From Eledone cirrhosa (Eukaryota), in NCBI GenBank assembly GCA_964016885.1, contig OZ024740.1, forward strand, positions 313,658,001 to 313,722,000: a stretch of 64,000 bases of DNA, given 5' to 3'. Within the stretch, counting starts at the first letter, position 1, and the number at the start of each line of letters is the position of its first letter. Of the stretch, positions 30,319-44,415 are shown one piece after another. Made by a program: the position numbers and the translations under genes. The notes below the pieces were generated by a model that saw only the letters and a program-made list of their open reading frames with translations, did no database searches and had not been told where the DNA came from.

Positions 30319-32169
30319 CTAATCAATAAAAACCTGCCTCAATGTGAATCCTCATTTTGTTTTTCTTGATGTATACACTCTGATGTATACACTATGTTGT
30401 GTGGGTCTGTGTCTGTGTGCGTATTCAACTCAGCTTCTGAATATGCAAACATTCGGTGGGCTTGCAGCATGACACCTGGAGACATCATCGGACGGGTGAA
30501 ACGGTTACGTTGCTCGGGGTCTGGTTTGGTCAGACCTCCAAGTAAATAGGAACTGGGACTTAGTAATGAGTAAGGTACTTAGTCTCATCCAGAGTTGGGC
30601 CAAGAGGAAGATATTCCTGAAAAGTCTGGCATCGGTGGCGTACGAGTACATCAGCTCTATCATGCTCTGCCATAGTTCTCGTCTCACCAAATTGGACCAC
30701 CTTCTCATTCATCCCATGTTTCATGGTCATGTTCTCTCGAGATTCTATATAGAATTGTAGATTCCCCAACTAATGCTCTTCTATCAAAATCTGTTACATG
30801 TTATAATATATTATAATAGGTTGCTGTGGCTCTGTTGGGTAAATACACTTTCTCATCGGTTAACAATGTTTTTACAAGAAGCCATCACAATACATTATAG
30901 TATACATTGGATACTTTGGAAATCGTTGGTAAATTGAAAGAAAACAAAAGAAATGCCTCCGTACTAATATTTAACATCCCAAATAATTGTTTTTACTTAC
31001 AAATGCGATTCCATTTCAGAAAAGCTACCCCACCAACTGATTGAAAAAGCAACACCAAATATAGATAAAATGTGTCTATGTGCACCAAAAAATATAAATA
31101 AATGTATATAGTTACAAGGAAACAGTGGATGTGCAACCAGCTACAAAATAGTGGTAAAATCCGTAAAAGAGAATTTACCTTGTCTTTCACAAACGAAACA
31201 CTTTATAAAGAAATCCATAGAATAAAACGAACACGAATTAATGGGATATTCGGATAAACTAGTAAACCAAGTCACTGCCTCATTACTCTGGATATTCGAA
31301 TAAACTAGTAAACCAAGTCACCGCCTCATTACTCTCTCTTTCTTGTCTCTGTTTACATTTCCTTTTCTTTTCGTTAATATTTCATGATTTGCTCCCTTCC
31401 GAACCTCCTTTGGGTTTCGGAATACGCAATCTTTCTGCGTCCATCCCATGCCTCCCAGAACAGGTCGCAGGCCAATCGCCAGTTTTTACGGCATGAAATG
31501 GGGACTGCAATATATTTTCCGAACGGGCCCTTCTGCCTAAGGCCTGAACGCGTCCCTTGTTAACCGACGCGAAGGACGATACGGTATGATTCTTTTTTGT
31601 TACTTCCCACAATATTGCAGTTTTGGTGCTCTTATTCGCGCCAATTACCAACTTTTCTCAACTTTTCTCAAACCCGCTAGACTAGGCTTTTTTTTAGAGG
31701 TGTCCTTTACTCGCCTCGACATAGCTACATCACTGGGATGTGAGAGTTTTTTTTAGGAGCTACAGATGTCACCCATTGCTCCATCTCTCCGAGTAGTTTA
31801 CCTCTGCTTGTCCGGGGCTGCTTATTAGACCGGCAGCTGCTCGCTTATATCAAAACTAACCATCATATCTGGTCGCTGTATCGTTATCCGCCACCTGCGA
31901 CCCATTCTCTACCAGAACAGCTCTGCCGAAAAATATTCCCGATTTATATACTGTAATTATTTTTCCTCGATTACATTATATTTCAATCTTATCCTATCAC
32001 CATCCGCCAGAGAAACGCCTTCTCTATTCTGTCCGCCGGAGCCACGGGGCGGCCAGCGCATGGACCCACATTTTCTAATAAAAGTGAGAGATGAGGAGAG
32101 CGAGAAAGATAGAGACAGTGACAGTAAAAGTTTAGTTCCACTGTGTTCAGACCTGATGTATATATATAT

Positions 32170-32316
32170 ATCAAGTAAGAATATTTTCGAAACAGCGAGC
32201 GAGTTTGAAATTATAAATATAAGCTATCGCCGTATTTTGACTAAAGAAATTAAAGAAAGTTATTTAGCTTGATAAATTTCTTTAGTCAAAATACGGCGAT
32301 AGCTTACATTTATAAT
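32170..32316. repeat. Hairpin element (IR 32210-32251 / 32275-32316); relative at 34112-34197
   Basis: Shared aagctatcgccgtattttg and gaatattttcgaaacagcg; both abut microsatellites. Confidence 0.65.
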
Positions 32317-32609
32317 GTATATATATGTATTAATAGATTGTTACTTAGAATTCTTTCACTGTTTGAATGAAGTATTTTTCTATCACACCTATTTTCGCCT
32401 CCTTTCCTTGTTCTTCATATGCAGCCCCGCTTTCTGTCTCTTTATAATATTCTTGATTCTCTTCTTTTTTATAATATTCAAGATTCACTTTTCCTCATTC
32501 TATCCCTCTCTTTTCCATCCTTTTTTTCTTTCCCTCTCTCCTATTAACATCACTTCTTTTCTCTCATTGGCCCGCTCATTGCTCACTACATGTGCTCATG
32601 CCTCTGCGT

Positions 32610-32678
32610 TTCTCTCTCTCTCTCTCACTCTCTCTCTCTCTCTCTTTCTTTCTTTCTATCTTTCTTTCTTTCTATCCT

Positions 32679-32726
<48 letters not shown>

Positions 32727-32850
32727 TATTTCCTTCTTTCTTTCCTTCTTTCTTTCTTTCTTTCTTTCTTTCTTTCCTTCTTTCTTTCTTTCTTTCCTTC
32801 TGTCCTTCTTTCTTTCTTTCTTTCCTTCTTTTTTCCTTTCTTTCTTTCCT

Positions 32851-32885
<35 letters not shown>

Positions 32886-33322
32886 GTCTTTCTCTCTCTC
32901 TCTCTTTCTCGCCTCTCTCTCTCTCTGGTGTGGTCTGTGTATGTAAGTGCGTGTGTGCATGTATGTGTATGTGTGCAAAAATATGAATGCGAGCTCTGTG
33001 CATGTGTGTGTTGTGCGTATGTATCTTTGTGCGTGCGCATGTATATGTGTGTGTGCAAAAATATGTATGCGCGTTCTGTGCATGTGAGTGTATGTATGTG
33101 TGTAGTACGCATGTATATCGGTGTTTGTGTGTGTGTCTGTTTGCGTGTGCGAATATATGTGTGTGCAAGAATATGTATGCGTGGTCTGAGCATTGATATG
33201 TGTGTGTGCGTGTATGTGTATGTGTACGTATGTATGTCTTTGCGTGTATGTGTATGTGTATGTGTGTGCGTGCACGTATATGTGAGTGTGTGCAAGAATA
33301 TGCACGTGTACACTGTGCATGT

Positions 33323-33368
<46 letters not shown>

Positions 33369-33666
33369 GTAAGAATATGTATGTGTACTCAGTGCATGTG
33401 TATGTGTGTGCACGCGTGCGCGTGTGCGTGTGAATGTGTGCGTGCGTGTGAATGTGTGCGTGCGTGTGAATGTGTGTCACTCTCTAATTGAAATACAACC
33501 ATATGACCAAAACTGGGAATAGGCTGTGCCTGTCCAAACCGGAATCAAGTGGCTTGAAAGCTGACCACATTCTGAAAACATACACACCGCACACACGCAA
33601 ATACACACATATTCACAAATTTGAAAGTACATAAATACATATAAATACGCACGAAACAGTATATAC

Positions 33667-33701
<35 letters not shown>

Positions 33702-33750
33702 TACACACACACGCACGCACGCACACACACGCGCACACGCACACACATCA
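32610..33750. repeat. (CTTT)n, (TG)n and (CA)n microsatellites
   Basis: Directly visible. Confidence 0.95.
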
Positions 33751-34068
33751 CCAAAAGCTTATTTTTTATAAGCAGACAGTATTATTGATTTAGATGTTGC
33801 AGAAACCCAAATATCGGAGTATTCCATTTTCCCCGAGGGTCGGTCCGGGTAACTATTTCAATCATATCTTAATTTGTTTGACCCGTTTAGCTTGTTCGCT
33901 TTTTTGGCTAAGGTGGTTAATGGCTTCTTAACCATCATCTCAGTTTGTATGACCATCTTAAACTTATGTTTATAGCTCTGGTATCTTCATATCCATGGAG
34001 CGCCTGTCTGCACAATACAGAAGTTGCGTTTCGCCAATTTCTACCCGCCGAAATACGATTCTCGCTAA

Positions 34069-34114
<46 letters not shown>

Positions 34115-34204
34115 AAGCTATCGCCGTATTTTGCGATAGCTTACATTTACAATAATTTCAAACCCGCCCGCTGTTTCGAAAATATTCTTACTTGATATAT
34201 ATAT

Positions 34205-34240
<36 letters not shown>

Positions 34241-34241
34241 T

Positions 34242-34290
<49 letters not shown>

Positions 34291-34292
<2 letters not shown>

Positions 34293-34464
34293 CCCAGGTT
34301 CAATCGGTGGTAACCACAGTTAGAAAAGAACTCGATACTTGGGGTAGTCGAGTGGGGTAATATGAAAGGGTCGGGACCTCGACGGTTGAGCTCCTGCAGT
34401 TTCAACAGATAGTTTGGAACTATCTGTTGAAACGACAGGAACGCAGCCGTTGGGGTCCTGACTC

Positions 34465-34468
<4 letters not shown>
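34291..34468 (-). mobile_element. Diverged family A hairpin element
   Basis: Imperfect palindrome around agatagtt-tgg-aactatct; similar to 53656-53850. Confidence 0.55.
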
Positions 34469-34533
<65 letters not shown>

Positions 34534-35089
34534 TATATACATACAATTATATACATATTAACTCGCAGATCTCGATTTTTAGTTGAAACTCGTGTGAGAA
34601 ACGTGGAAAGATTAGCTGAGATATGCCAACAAATTTACACAAACACACAAACAGAATAGTTCCTGCTTCAGTTCTCGTTGTATTTAGGTTCCTTGTGATG
34701 TCTTTGTAGTTGGTTAGGTGTTATCGGAGTAAGTCAGAATTTTCGGTTCAAGGCAACAGTACTTGACTTAGTTTCACATAACTGCTCTCGCTTCAGTAAG
34801 GTTTCCGGTCAGTATATATGTTCTCAATATCACCTGGAGTGTATCACCGAATGTCACCATGATATAAGCATGAAAATATGCGCATGCTCTCACGTATGTC
34901 ACTTCACACGTACATATGTACACCCACAACCACACACATATATTTAGTAAAAATAATTATAAAGACCAAAGTCCGAAGAGGGGTCGAATAGGATTATATA
35001 TATATATATAAAATATATATTTATTATTATAGGTCAAAGCAGCTATTCTTTGCTTAAACTTTAATCTGTACTAATAATTAATATATAAA

Positions 35090-35203
<114 letters not shown>

Positions 35204-35285
35204 CGTACGTGCGTGTGTGTGTATGTGTGTTTACAAGAGCTTAGCCATCGGGGTCCTGACACATTCTGATATACATATATATATA

Positions 35286-35757
35286 TGGAGTCGACTAGAA
35301 AAGCTCAACCTTTATTCTCTCCAACGCGACCGCGAGCGGTATATTATTTGCATGATGTGGGAAATATTTTATTAGCATTGCGCAAATGATGTTAGCATCA
35401 ACTTTAAAGTACACCTAAGGCTTGGGCTCCGTTCTATCCACCCACAAGAACAATCTCACTCGCATCTCATAACAACAATACGGCAAAATTATTTCTCATC
35501 AATTGGTCTTGTTCTCTTTAACATTACTCCAAAACACATTAAAGCATAAACAGAACCCATAAAATTCAAAAAGTCTTTGGACAAATTCCTTCAAGAAATC
35601 CCGGATAAACCTCCTACACCCGGATATGTCTCCTTAAAGAATAACTCTATACTTGAGTGGACCATGGTGTCCAAATCTTGATTTGAAAGTTTTCGCCAGG
35701 TGGTGCTCTTAAGTTAGACATGGCCTGGGCCAATACTGGCTTAAACCTATCAAAGTT
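35286..35757 (+). mobile_element. CR1-group LINE 3' fragment
   Basis: RLEKLNLYSLQRDRERYIICMMWEI...FKKSLDKFLQEIPDKPPTPGY; 3' end aaacctatcaaagtt shared with 43374. Confidence 0.8.
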
Positions 35758-35769
35758 ATATAAATATAT

Positions 35770-36565
35770 ATATATAACTACCTTCCACATTATTTTTTCC
35801 TGTCGCTACTGCTTTACTAAGCATTAATCGCTCTCTTGAGAGCACCCCACCACCTGTTGTTGACAAATGTGAACACTTTCCCTTAACTAATGTGCTAATC
35901 CGGTCACTTGTAGGCTTTATGCGCCGGGAATGACGTGTTAAGCTTCTAGTAAGTGGTTCCCTGTCTACATGTTTTATGTAGCTCAACCAAGCAGATCACG
36001 AATTCCTGGTCTAAATAAGCGACTATTTGAAATTGTGGACACCCTATGCTATCCCTATCGGTTAGCCCAAACAAAAACCTATCTAAGTACAATGTAGATG
36101 GCCCTATGTGATTCGTCCAGCTCCACATTGACTATTCCAAGCCGACTAAGAGATGCGTAGATCTCAAAGTCGCCAAGAGTGGGGGCGAGAGAGCGTATGC
36201 CGGATATCCTGGTCTCGCTGATGGCAGTCACATCCATAGCTTGTGACCTGAAGTCGTTGAGAAACCGACCTTGCTTCCAGAACAACCAGAGGCCACATAT
36301 ATTTATAAACCCTACTCTTAGAATTGCCATATTGAATGGTTACAGTTAAGAGAGGAAAAAAATGTGGAGGGGAGGGGCATATACCTTCCCGGTGCTGTTG
36401 AAGATCGAACGCCAAGGCGGAGCTTCTACTGATCATGCTGCCCGACTGGCTGAATGTTGTTAGTGCTTGAAGACATTCCAGTTTCCAAGTGCCCCAGCTC
36501 GGTCTTCGCGTCATCCAGGACAGCAGCTCTGTCAAGGAGACGAGCTGTAGAAGCATGTTGTCTAG
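35770..36565 (-). mobile_element. Rearranged Tx1/L1 LINE fragment (AP endonuclease start and end, plus a displaced post-RT segment)
   Basis: MAILRVGFINICGL..DVTAISETR; WSWTN..YLDRFL..Y*KLN; QLVSLTELLSWMTRRP matches the 39655 region. Confidence 0.75.
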
Positions 36566-36614
36566 CAAAGAAAAGGATTATAAATCATTCATCACACCCT
36601 CTCTTTCTTTCTTA

Positions 36615-36685
<71 letters not shown>

Positions 36686-36729
36686 TCGTTTCATCACGTC
36701 TTTACTTTCTTTCATTATTAATCTCTATC

Positions 36730-37150
36730 AGGCGGTGGATTGGCAGTATCGGTAGAGGGTTTGACGCCATACTTTGACGTATAGAGTTACGGCCCTTGCC
36801 ATTCTGAGTTCAAATCCCGCCGAGGTTAACTTTGCCTTTCATCCTTACGGGGTCGATAAAATAAAATACCAGTAATAAACTGGGATAATTCCTGGCCTTG
36901 TGCCAAACGTAGAAACAATTATTAATCTCTATCAGGGCGGTGGATTAGCAATATCGATAGAGGGTCGGACACCATGTTTTGCAGCACAGAGTTACGGCCC
37001 TTTTAGATCTAAGTTCAAATCCCGCCGAGATTAACTTTCATTCTTACGTGCTCGATAAAATAAAGTACCAGTCACGCACTGGTATCGATTTAATCGACTT
37101 TCCCCTCCCCTAAAATTGTTGGCCTTGTGCCTAAATCAGAAACCATTATT
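36730..37150 (+). mobile_element. Two tandem Meta-like SINEs
   Basis: Family consensus twice; attattaat(c/t)tctatc occurs before, between and after. Confidence 0.85.
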
Positions 37151-37344
37151 AATTTCTATCTTTCTCTATATATCCTCTGTTTCTATTTACTTTTTCTCTC
37201 ATTTCGGTTTATTCTGTTCCTTCTTTATATATATATATAGTTTTGCAAGAGATGTCAACATGAATGGACCTGTTATTTTTATCTAAAGACATTTTTTCCA
37301 ATTCCAACACGCCCCTCAATCTAACTTATTTCTCATTCTTTCTT

Positions 37345-37376
37345 CTGATGAAAGACTAGCGTCCGAAATATATATA
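37345..37376 (+). ncRNA. Hammerhead core lacking the 3' strand of stem I
   Basis: CTGATGA aa gac tagc gtc c GAAA t atat ATA. Confidence 0.55.
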
Positions 37377-37378
37377 TT

Positions 37379-37507
37379 TATTTATTAAAATAACAGATTA
37401 AATTTTAAGCAAAGAATCGCTGCTTTCACCCTTAGTTTCAGAAGATCCCGTTAAGGGTGAAAGCAACAATTCTTTGCTTAAACTTTAATCTGTTATTTTA
37501 ATAAATA
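37379..37507. repeat. Hairpin element with hammerhead-like apex
   Basis: ~57-bp inverted arms; apex cagaaga t ccc gttaa ggg t GAAA. Confidence 0.6.
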
Positions 37508-37815
37508 TTTGGTCTACGGTTCTTATATATTTGATATATATTTATCCTTATCGAGCCGGATGGCTGAAACAGGTAAAAAAGAATATATATATATATATAT
37601 ATAAAGTGACAATAAGAGTTGCAGCTTTTGTAAACTTTATTTCATATTACAATTGTTTCTGTATCGATCAGCTCACAATCACCTGTATATATATATATTA
37701 CTTTACTCTTTCTCTCTTTCTTTACTATTTCCTTCTAATTTTCCCTTTTCTTGCCACTTAAGAAAAATAAATAAAAGGAATGAGGAAATAGAGAAGGAGA
37801 GAAAAGGGAAAGAAA

Positions 37816-37920
<105 letters not shown>

Positions 37921-38666
37921 CGTGTGTGTGTATGTGTGTGTGCGGGCGTGTGTGTGTGTAGTATTAAAAAGATCGGAGGCCGTAAGCAGTTGATTTAGGT
38001 TTATTTATAATTCCGTGATACATATTTCGCTGAGGACTACCAATTCTGATAGCTCTAAAGACTCCACAAAATCCTTTAAAATAAGTTTCACGTATTAAGA
38101 AACTTCTTTAAATATTTTTTTTAAAACCTTCCTTAACAATTTATTTTTCTTTTTCTGATAAAAATGAGTTAGTGCTGTTTGTTATTCCTTTTCCGTCCCC
38201 CAAATTTCTTTCAAATGGTACTGATCAACTCAAGACTATATAGAGTAAAACACTCCTGCCCAAGGTACAATGCAGTGGGACAGAACCCGAATCCACCTGG
38301 TTGCAAAGCGAACTCCTTTAACACACTGCTATGGTTGTGATGTGCCTATGATTATAAAAAGTCAAGTACTTCACCATTTGTACTTAGAGATATCAATAGA
38401 CGAATGATTAGCATTTATAATTTGAATAAAGAGTAAAGAGAGAAAGAAGGCGAGAGAATGAGAGAGAAGGTGAGCGAAAGAGAGAGAAGGAAAGAGAAGA
38501 AGAGTGAGAAGGAGAGAGAGAAGGTGGTGGAGTGATAGATAGAGACAGAAATCCACGGAATTTATTCATGGAAGTGACCTGAATGCAGAAAAAAAAATAA
38601 CGGGATAGCGAATCGACACCGAAGATTGTGTTGAGTTTAAAGGCTATATTCTGTACATTCATTCTC

Positions 38667-38700
<34 letters not shown>

Positions 38701-38740
38701 TTCCCCCTCTCTCTCTATCTATCTTTCCCTATCTCTCTCC

Positions 38741-38782
<42 letters not shown>

Positions 38783-38784
38783 TT

Positions 38785-40668
38785 ATAGACCATCGATACT
38801 TGGAAGCGGTTCTCAAGGCGGCCGGTTTCGGTCCCGTGTCAGGGGCTGGATCAAGGCGATGCACACCACCATCTGCTAGAGGATCAAGGTGAACGGCTAC
38901 CTATCGGAGCCGTTCGCAATCACGCGTTCCATTCGACAGGAATGTCCTCTCACCTCCATTCTGTACGTATTGACTCTAGAGCCACTACTGCGGAAGTTGG
39001 AGCTTTTGCAGGGCATTCATTTAGAACCGGGACTGCGAAAATCGGCATCGGCTTATGCCGACGACGTGACGGTAATGGTGTCGAAAACCTTGGAAATCGA
39101 GGTAATCAGCAACCTACTACAGGAATACGAAAGGTTTACAGGAGCAAAACTGAACCCAGACAAGTCTGTTGGTTTGAAATTCGGAACGTGGAGAGGCAAA
39201 CCGATGCCGTCCGACACCGTCGTCGGACGCTGGACGGAAGGACCGGTGAAATTGCTCGGGGTCTGGTTCGGTCCAGACCTCCAGGTGGAGAAAAACTGGA
39301 ACTAGGTCATGGCCAAGGTATTTGCGCTCACCCAGAAGTGGGCAGAGTGCAAACTGTCTTTGTAAGGTCGAGCGGAGGTGGCGAACACTTTCATAGCGTT
39401 CGTCATCTACTGCCGCTTGACTGTCGGGCCTTGACCCCGTGAATACCTCACCAAGATGGAACGCATGCTCTGCCAGTTCCTGTGGAAGAAGCAGGCTCCA
39501 CTTGTGAGGAGATCCATCTGCTGTCAACACCCTTCCAACGGAGGGCTGGGCGTGCCGTGGATCATGATGCGCAAACATGCGCTGAGGCTACGGCATTTCC
39601 AGGTATTCCTCACCGACCAACCGGTGTGGGCACCGTTTGTGAGACAGGCCTTCCCACAACTTGTCTCGCTGACGGAGCTGTAGTCTTGGGTGAAGCGAAG
39701 ACCGAAGAAGATGGGTGCCTGGCACATTGAATGCGCCCAGGCGCTCACAGTCCTCTGTCAAGCGGGCACAGCAATCAGTGGAGACTCCACTTCGACGTTC
39801 TATAGAGAGTTAGTACTTTACAAGTGCGACGACGTGCTCGGGGAGACTCTAGGTGCCGAAGACGACGAGTTCACCAGTCTGTTCGGTAGGACTTTCAGCC
39901 CGGGACCTATGGACAACTTCCAGAGGTCCCGGGCCTGGCAGTGCTACCGAGAGCTCTACCCGTTCGAGATAAGATCTACAGGCACGGACGCCCCGGCAGG
40001 GATCCTTCCAAGAGGACGTGTCCAAGATGCGAGCAGGACATTGAAATCGTCTTGCACGCAATTGTACACTGCCCGGGCGTAAGCAACCAGTGGAACTATG
40101 CAGAACAACTGATGTCGCATATGGGACAAATCCAGTTGACTGCCGAGTCCATAGTAAGGATCAAACCGCCAGCCTCTTTCAAAAACGAAAGAGAGGCGGT
40201 TTTCCTCTGTACAGTGGCTATGGTGAAAGAGGTTATATGGTGGACGAGATTGAGAGGACTGAGGACAGATGCCTTTCTCTCCGGACAACAATTGATTCCC
40301 TTCTTTAAGTATCACTTTAGAAGGAGAATCAGAGTGGAGAGAGAGGCACTGCACCCCAGTAAATTTACTGAAAGGTGGGTGAATGAAGCGAAAATGGCCC
40401 GAGTGATTGGGCCTTCTCTATTTATAAGCCTGTAGGTTAAAGAAGAGGAAAAGGAAGAAGGGAGCTCTTGCACAACACGCTCCTGGAGTTGAGGGTTGTT
40501 CTATCGACCGGGTATTAAACAACCCATTTGTGGCGCTTCCCCCCTATTGGGGATTTCGATTGTTATAATTGTTTGTTTCAATATTTTTACACGACTGTAT
40601 GTAAAATCCCCGGCATGTGTCTTTGTATTGTCCCCTTTTCTTGTGCGCCCTTGTGGCAAATAAAGAAA
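38785..40668 (+). mobile_element. 5'-truncated Tx1/L1-clade LINE (reverse transcriptase plus C-terminal Cys-His finger), with stops and a frameshift
   Basis: VNGYLSEPFAITRSIRQECPLT, SAYADDVTV, KLLGVWF, GGLGVP, TCPRC..E.VLHAIVHC; AATAAA at the 3' end. Confidence 0.92.
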
Positions 40669-40770
40669 TATATATATCTATATATCTTTCTATCTATCTA
40701 TCTTTACTTCTCATACACATACAATGACCATTAACACTGGCCAACACATAAACGTGCAGTCACAAATGTG

Positions 40771-40816
<46 letters not shown>

Positions 40817-40857
40817 CGAAACATGAGTCAATTGCATGAACTCATAATCCTTTATTT

Positions 40858-40913
40858 ACTGCTATCTATATTTCGATGATAGCCATTGAATGGCTATGAC
40901 CTCATCAGGCAGT
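40858..40913 (-). ncRNA. Type I hammerhead ribozyme
   Basis: actgc CTGATGA ggtc atagccat tca atggctat catc GAAA t atag ATA gcagt, then AATAAA; within a TA-flanked insert 40812-40990. Confidence 0.75.
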
Positions 40914-40987
40914 TAGTCAGTTCTTAGATATGCCAGCTCTGTGTTTATAGTGTTGATGGTATCAGAGCCTTGGGACATGTCTCAAGG

Positions 40988-41033
<46 letters not shown>

Positions 41034-41146
41034 TTATATATATATATATAAATTGAAACAAAATGAAAACGAAATTTCATTTCTCACTCTTAGTATGGCA
41101 CTTATATATATATATGTATCTATCTATCTATATATATATATATAAT

Positions 41147-41226
41147 ATTACCCACTCTACTACCCTAAGTATTGAGTACTCTGGTGCGTTATGGTCCACC
41201 TGGTTCCTTACCACACTTGCTTCGTT
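41147..41226 (+). mobile_element. Family A 3'-end-only insertion in (TA)n
   Basis: Matches 756-835. Confidence 0.7.
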
Positions 41227-41258
41227 ATATATATATATATATATATATACTTTAAAAA

Positions 41259-41595
41259 ATCAACAAAGAAGGATAAGACAACAAACGGAAACAAAACAAA
41301 ACGAAAAACAATTGTTTAAGGGGAAACATTAAAAAATTATTTGTTAAAAATAAATATACAAAACTCGATGTTCATCGGTCTTTGCGATGAACTTTGGCAG
41401 TTTCGACCCTACTGATGACCATGGAGTGTTACGACCTTCGCTTGTATATTTATTTTCAAAAAATATTTTTTTAAGGTTTCCCCTTAAAAAATTGTTTTTC
41501 GTTTTGTTTTATTTCCGTTCATTGTCTTGTCGTTCTTTGTTGATATGTTCTTAAGTTTCTATACTAATGTGGCTAACGTGTTTTTCTCTTATACC
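41259..41595. repeat. Diverged fold-back element (arms ~41259-41361 / 41442-41544)
   Basis: Inverted arms; spacer holds gtttcgac and ctgatga fragments; flanked by TA. Confidence 0.6.
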
Positions 41596-43190
41596 CCATT
41601 TATCGTAATGGTTTATATATATATATATATATATATATGAATATATATGAATATATATATAGTACATTTGGCAATATACTGTATGCTTAATTAAAAATAT
41701 TTTGAAGACCTTGCGCTATTATTTTAAAGTGGTGACTATGTCACTTACTTCTTTTTTCAACAAACAAAGGGAGATAAGCCAACAAATCTGTTTCATACTG
41801 CTTAGCACTCCCCGATGCCTCTAGAAAATTATAGATGTTGGATTCTTATAGAATTCCAGTAATAATCAGGAACTGATTATACAGAGCGATTGCCGGTCCA
41901 GCAAAAATTGAAAATTGCATGCGAATCTAGAAGCTGCAGACAGAAATAATTCATATGATATTAATAAGATATATATTTTTTCTTTATCTTTAATCAAGGA
42001 TAGAAGTACAGTACCCCCGACATTTCTTTCAGGGTCTCCAAATTTCTTCAAGCATTCTCAAGACAGTGGCTTTCCCAAATTCTTCCAACGGAGTGGACTC
42101 TGCTAAAGGTATACAAGAACCAGTATTCTATAGTGTGATATGAAATCAGAATGAAGAAAGCCAGAAGAAAAACTGCAAGGCTTTCTAACAATTCTGCTAA
42201 CCTACCGCTCTGGAATGGTATTTTATTTTATTAACCCTGAAAGTATGAAATGCAAAGGTAGTTCACTTTGAAGGAATACGAGCGCAGAGTACTGGATCAA
42301 TGCCGTAAGATCTTTTGTCCTATCATTTAATGATGTTATCAATTTACCACCTACTTCTGTTATTTATGTTATTTAAAAATGATTTAAAATTATTGTATCG
42401 GAAAGTAAGAAACCCGTGGCATATTATCATTCATGTAATCAGTGATCCCACTAGCATCCCACATATGAAAAGGCAGGGAAAATGTTGGCAATATTCATAG
42501 AAATATTTGAAATTTGGTTTTATTTCTTCAATTACTGATGGGATAATGCTTGTGTTTGCAATGTGAAAAGGCATTAAGAAATCATTCAATGAAGAGCTCG
42601 AAGAGATAATGCATTCAGGGAGGTAAAATATATATTTCTAATATGTTAAGACAGGAAATAAAAGATTTGGAAGACATCCATTGATAATGTCTTTACTTAA
42701 GTCACCATCTTATACTTAAAGAGGAACTTAAGACCTCGTACAATATATATATATATATGTGTATGTGTGTGTGTGTAGAGAGAGAGAGAGAAAAGGTATA
42801 TATTAACATATCAAGAGAAAAACGAAAGAAAGAGACTACTGCATGCAATTCGACAGGATAATAATATACAAGCTGTAAAAGAAGTCTTAGAGATATTTAT
42901 GAAGACGGACTCGGAAGTTTTGAATACAATACAGTAAAATACCAGATTCGTGTGATTGCAAAAAATGTGGAAAACACGATAATTTCAACCAAGTAGATTA
43001 TAGGGTGATTTGAACTCGTCACAAAACGAACATAAACCCTTCAGTAAGAAATAAAAAAATAAAAGAGACATGAGTGGTAGTAAAAGTGATAATAATTAAT
43101 AAAAAAGAAAGCGGAGATGGGAGCGTGAAGGGGAGTAGTAACAGATGCTTAAAACATTAAGGGAGAAGATAGATATACGCAAACATTTTT

Positions 43191-43312
<122 letters not shown>

Positions 43313-43373
43313 GCGTGTGTGCGCGCGCGTGCGTGCGTGCATGCGTGTGTGTGTTATATATATATATAACTAT

Positions 43374-44415
43374 ACTTTGATAACTTTGATAGGTTTCGGC
43401 CAGTATTGGCCCAGGCCATGTCTAACTTGATAGCACCACCTGGCGAAATCGTTCAAATCAGGATTTGGACACCATGGCCCACTCAAGTAGGGAGTTATTG
43501 TTTATAGAGACATATCCTGGATTTCTTGAAGGATTTTGTCCAAAGACTTCTTGAATCTATTTTAATGTGTTTTAGAGTAATGTTAAAGAGAGTGGGGCCA
43601 ACTGAGGTGAAGTAATTGTGCAGTATTGTTATAAGATATGAGTTTGATTTTTGTTATGGGTGGATAACACAGGGCCCAAGCCTTGGGTGTACTTTAAAGG
43701 TGATGCCAACATCATTTGGGCAATACAGATAGAATATTTCCCAGATCATGCAGATAATGTAGCGCTTACGGAGGCGTTGAAGAGGATAAAGTTTGCGTTT
43801 TTCTAGTTGACCCCAGCAGTCAAGGCCTGACATGCCATTTATCTTTTTCGTGATTGACCTTTGGAGACCTTCAATTTTCATGATAATTTGTTTAGTGTGG
43901 GGATACCACAGTTTTCAAGGTGGGGTCGGGCAAAAGTGGAGAAGAGAAGGTTAATAGTGTGGATATCTCTCGACTGGAAAGTTCTGAGAATCCAGGAACA
44001 CATTCTGCGGGCCATGTCACCTTTGCTTTTTATATAAGTGACCCAGCTTACGCTGTCCACAATTACTCCCAAGTCTCTGATGTTGTTGGATGCCACGAGA
44101 GTTTCACCTGAAGGATGGGAGCATGGGAGTTTCGGGCATCCTCTTTTCCAAAGTGGATTAACTCAGATTTGTTCTCGTTCAACAGCATATTGTTCTTTTC
44201 CGCACATTGGATAACAGCCAGTAGATCTGATTGGAGGCATATCCGGTCACCCATGACATTGTTGACCTTCCGGAGCTTGGAATCATCTGCGAAGATTCTT
44301 ATGCTGCTGTGCTTTATGATGTCAGTAATGTCATTAATATAGATAATGAAAAGAAGTGGGCCCAACACAGTGCCTTGTGGGAAACCACTACTGACTTTAG
44401 CTGGGCTGTAAAGTA
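43374..44415 (-). mobile_element. CR1-group LINE 3' fragment including the RT C-terminal half
   Basis: SGFPQGTVLGPLLFIIYINDI, IFADDSKL, IRDLGVIVD, LYPLQRLRKRYIICMIWEI; several frameshifts. Confidence 0.9.

Noticed and set aside
31382-31651. Possible Chapaev-like transposase N-terminal remnant on the minus strand
   Set aside because: Only faint resemblance requiring several frameshifts; needs tBLASTn/HMM confirmation.
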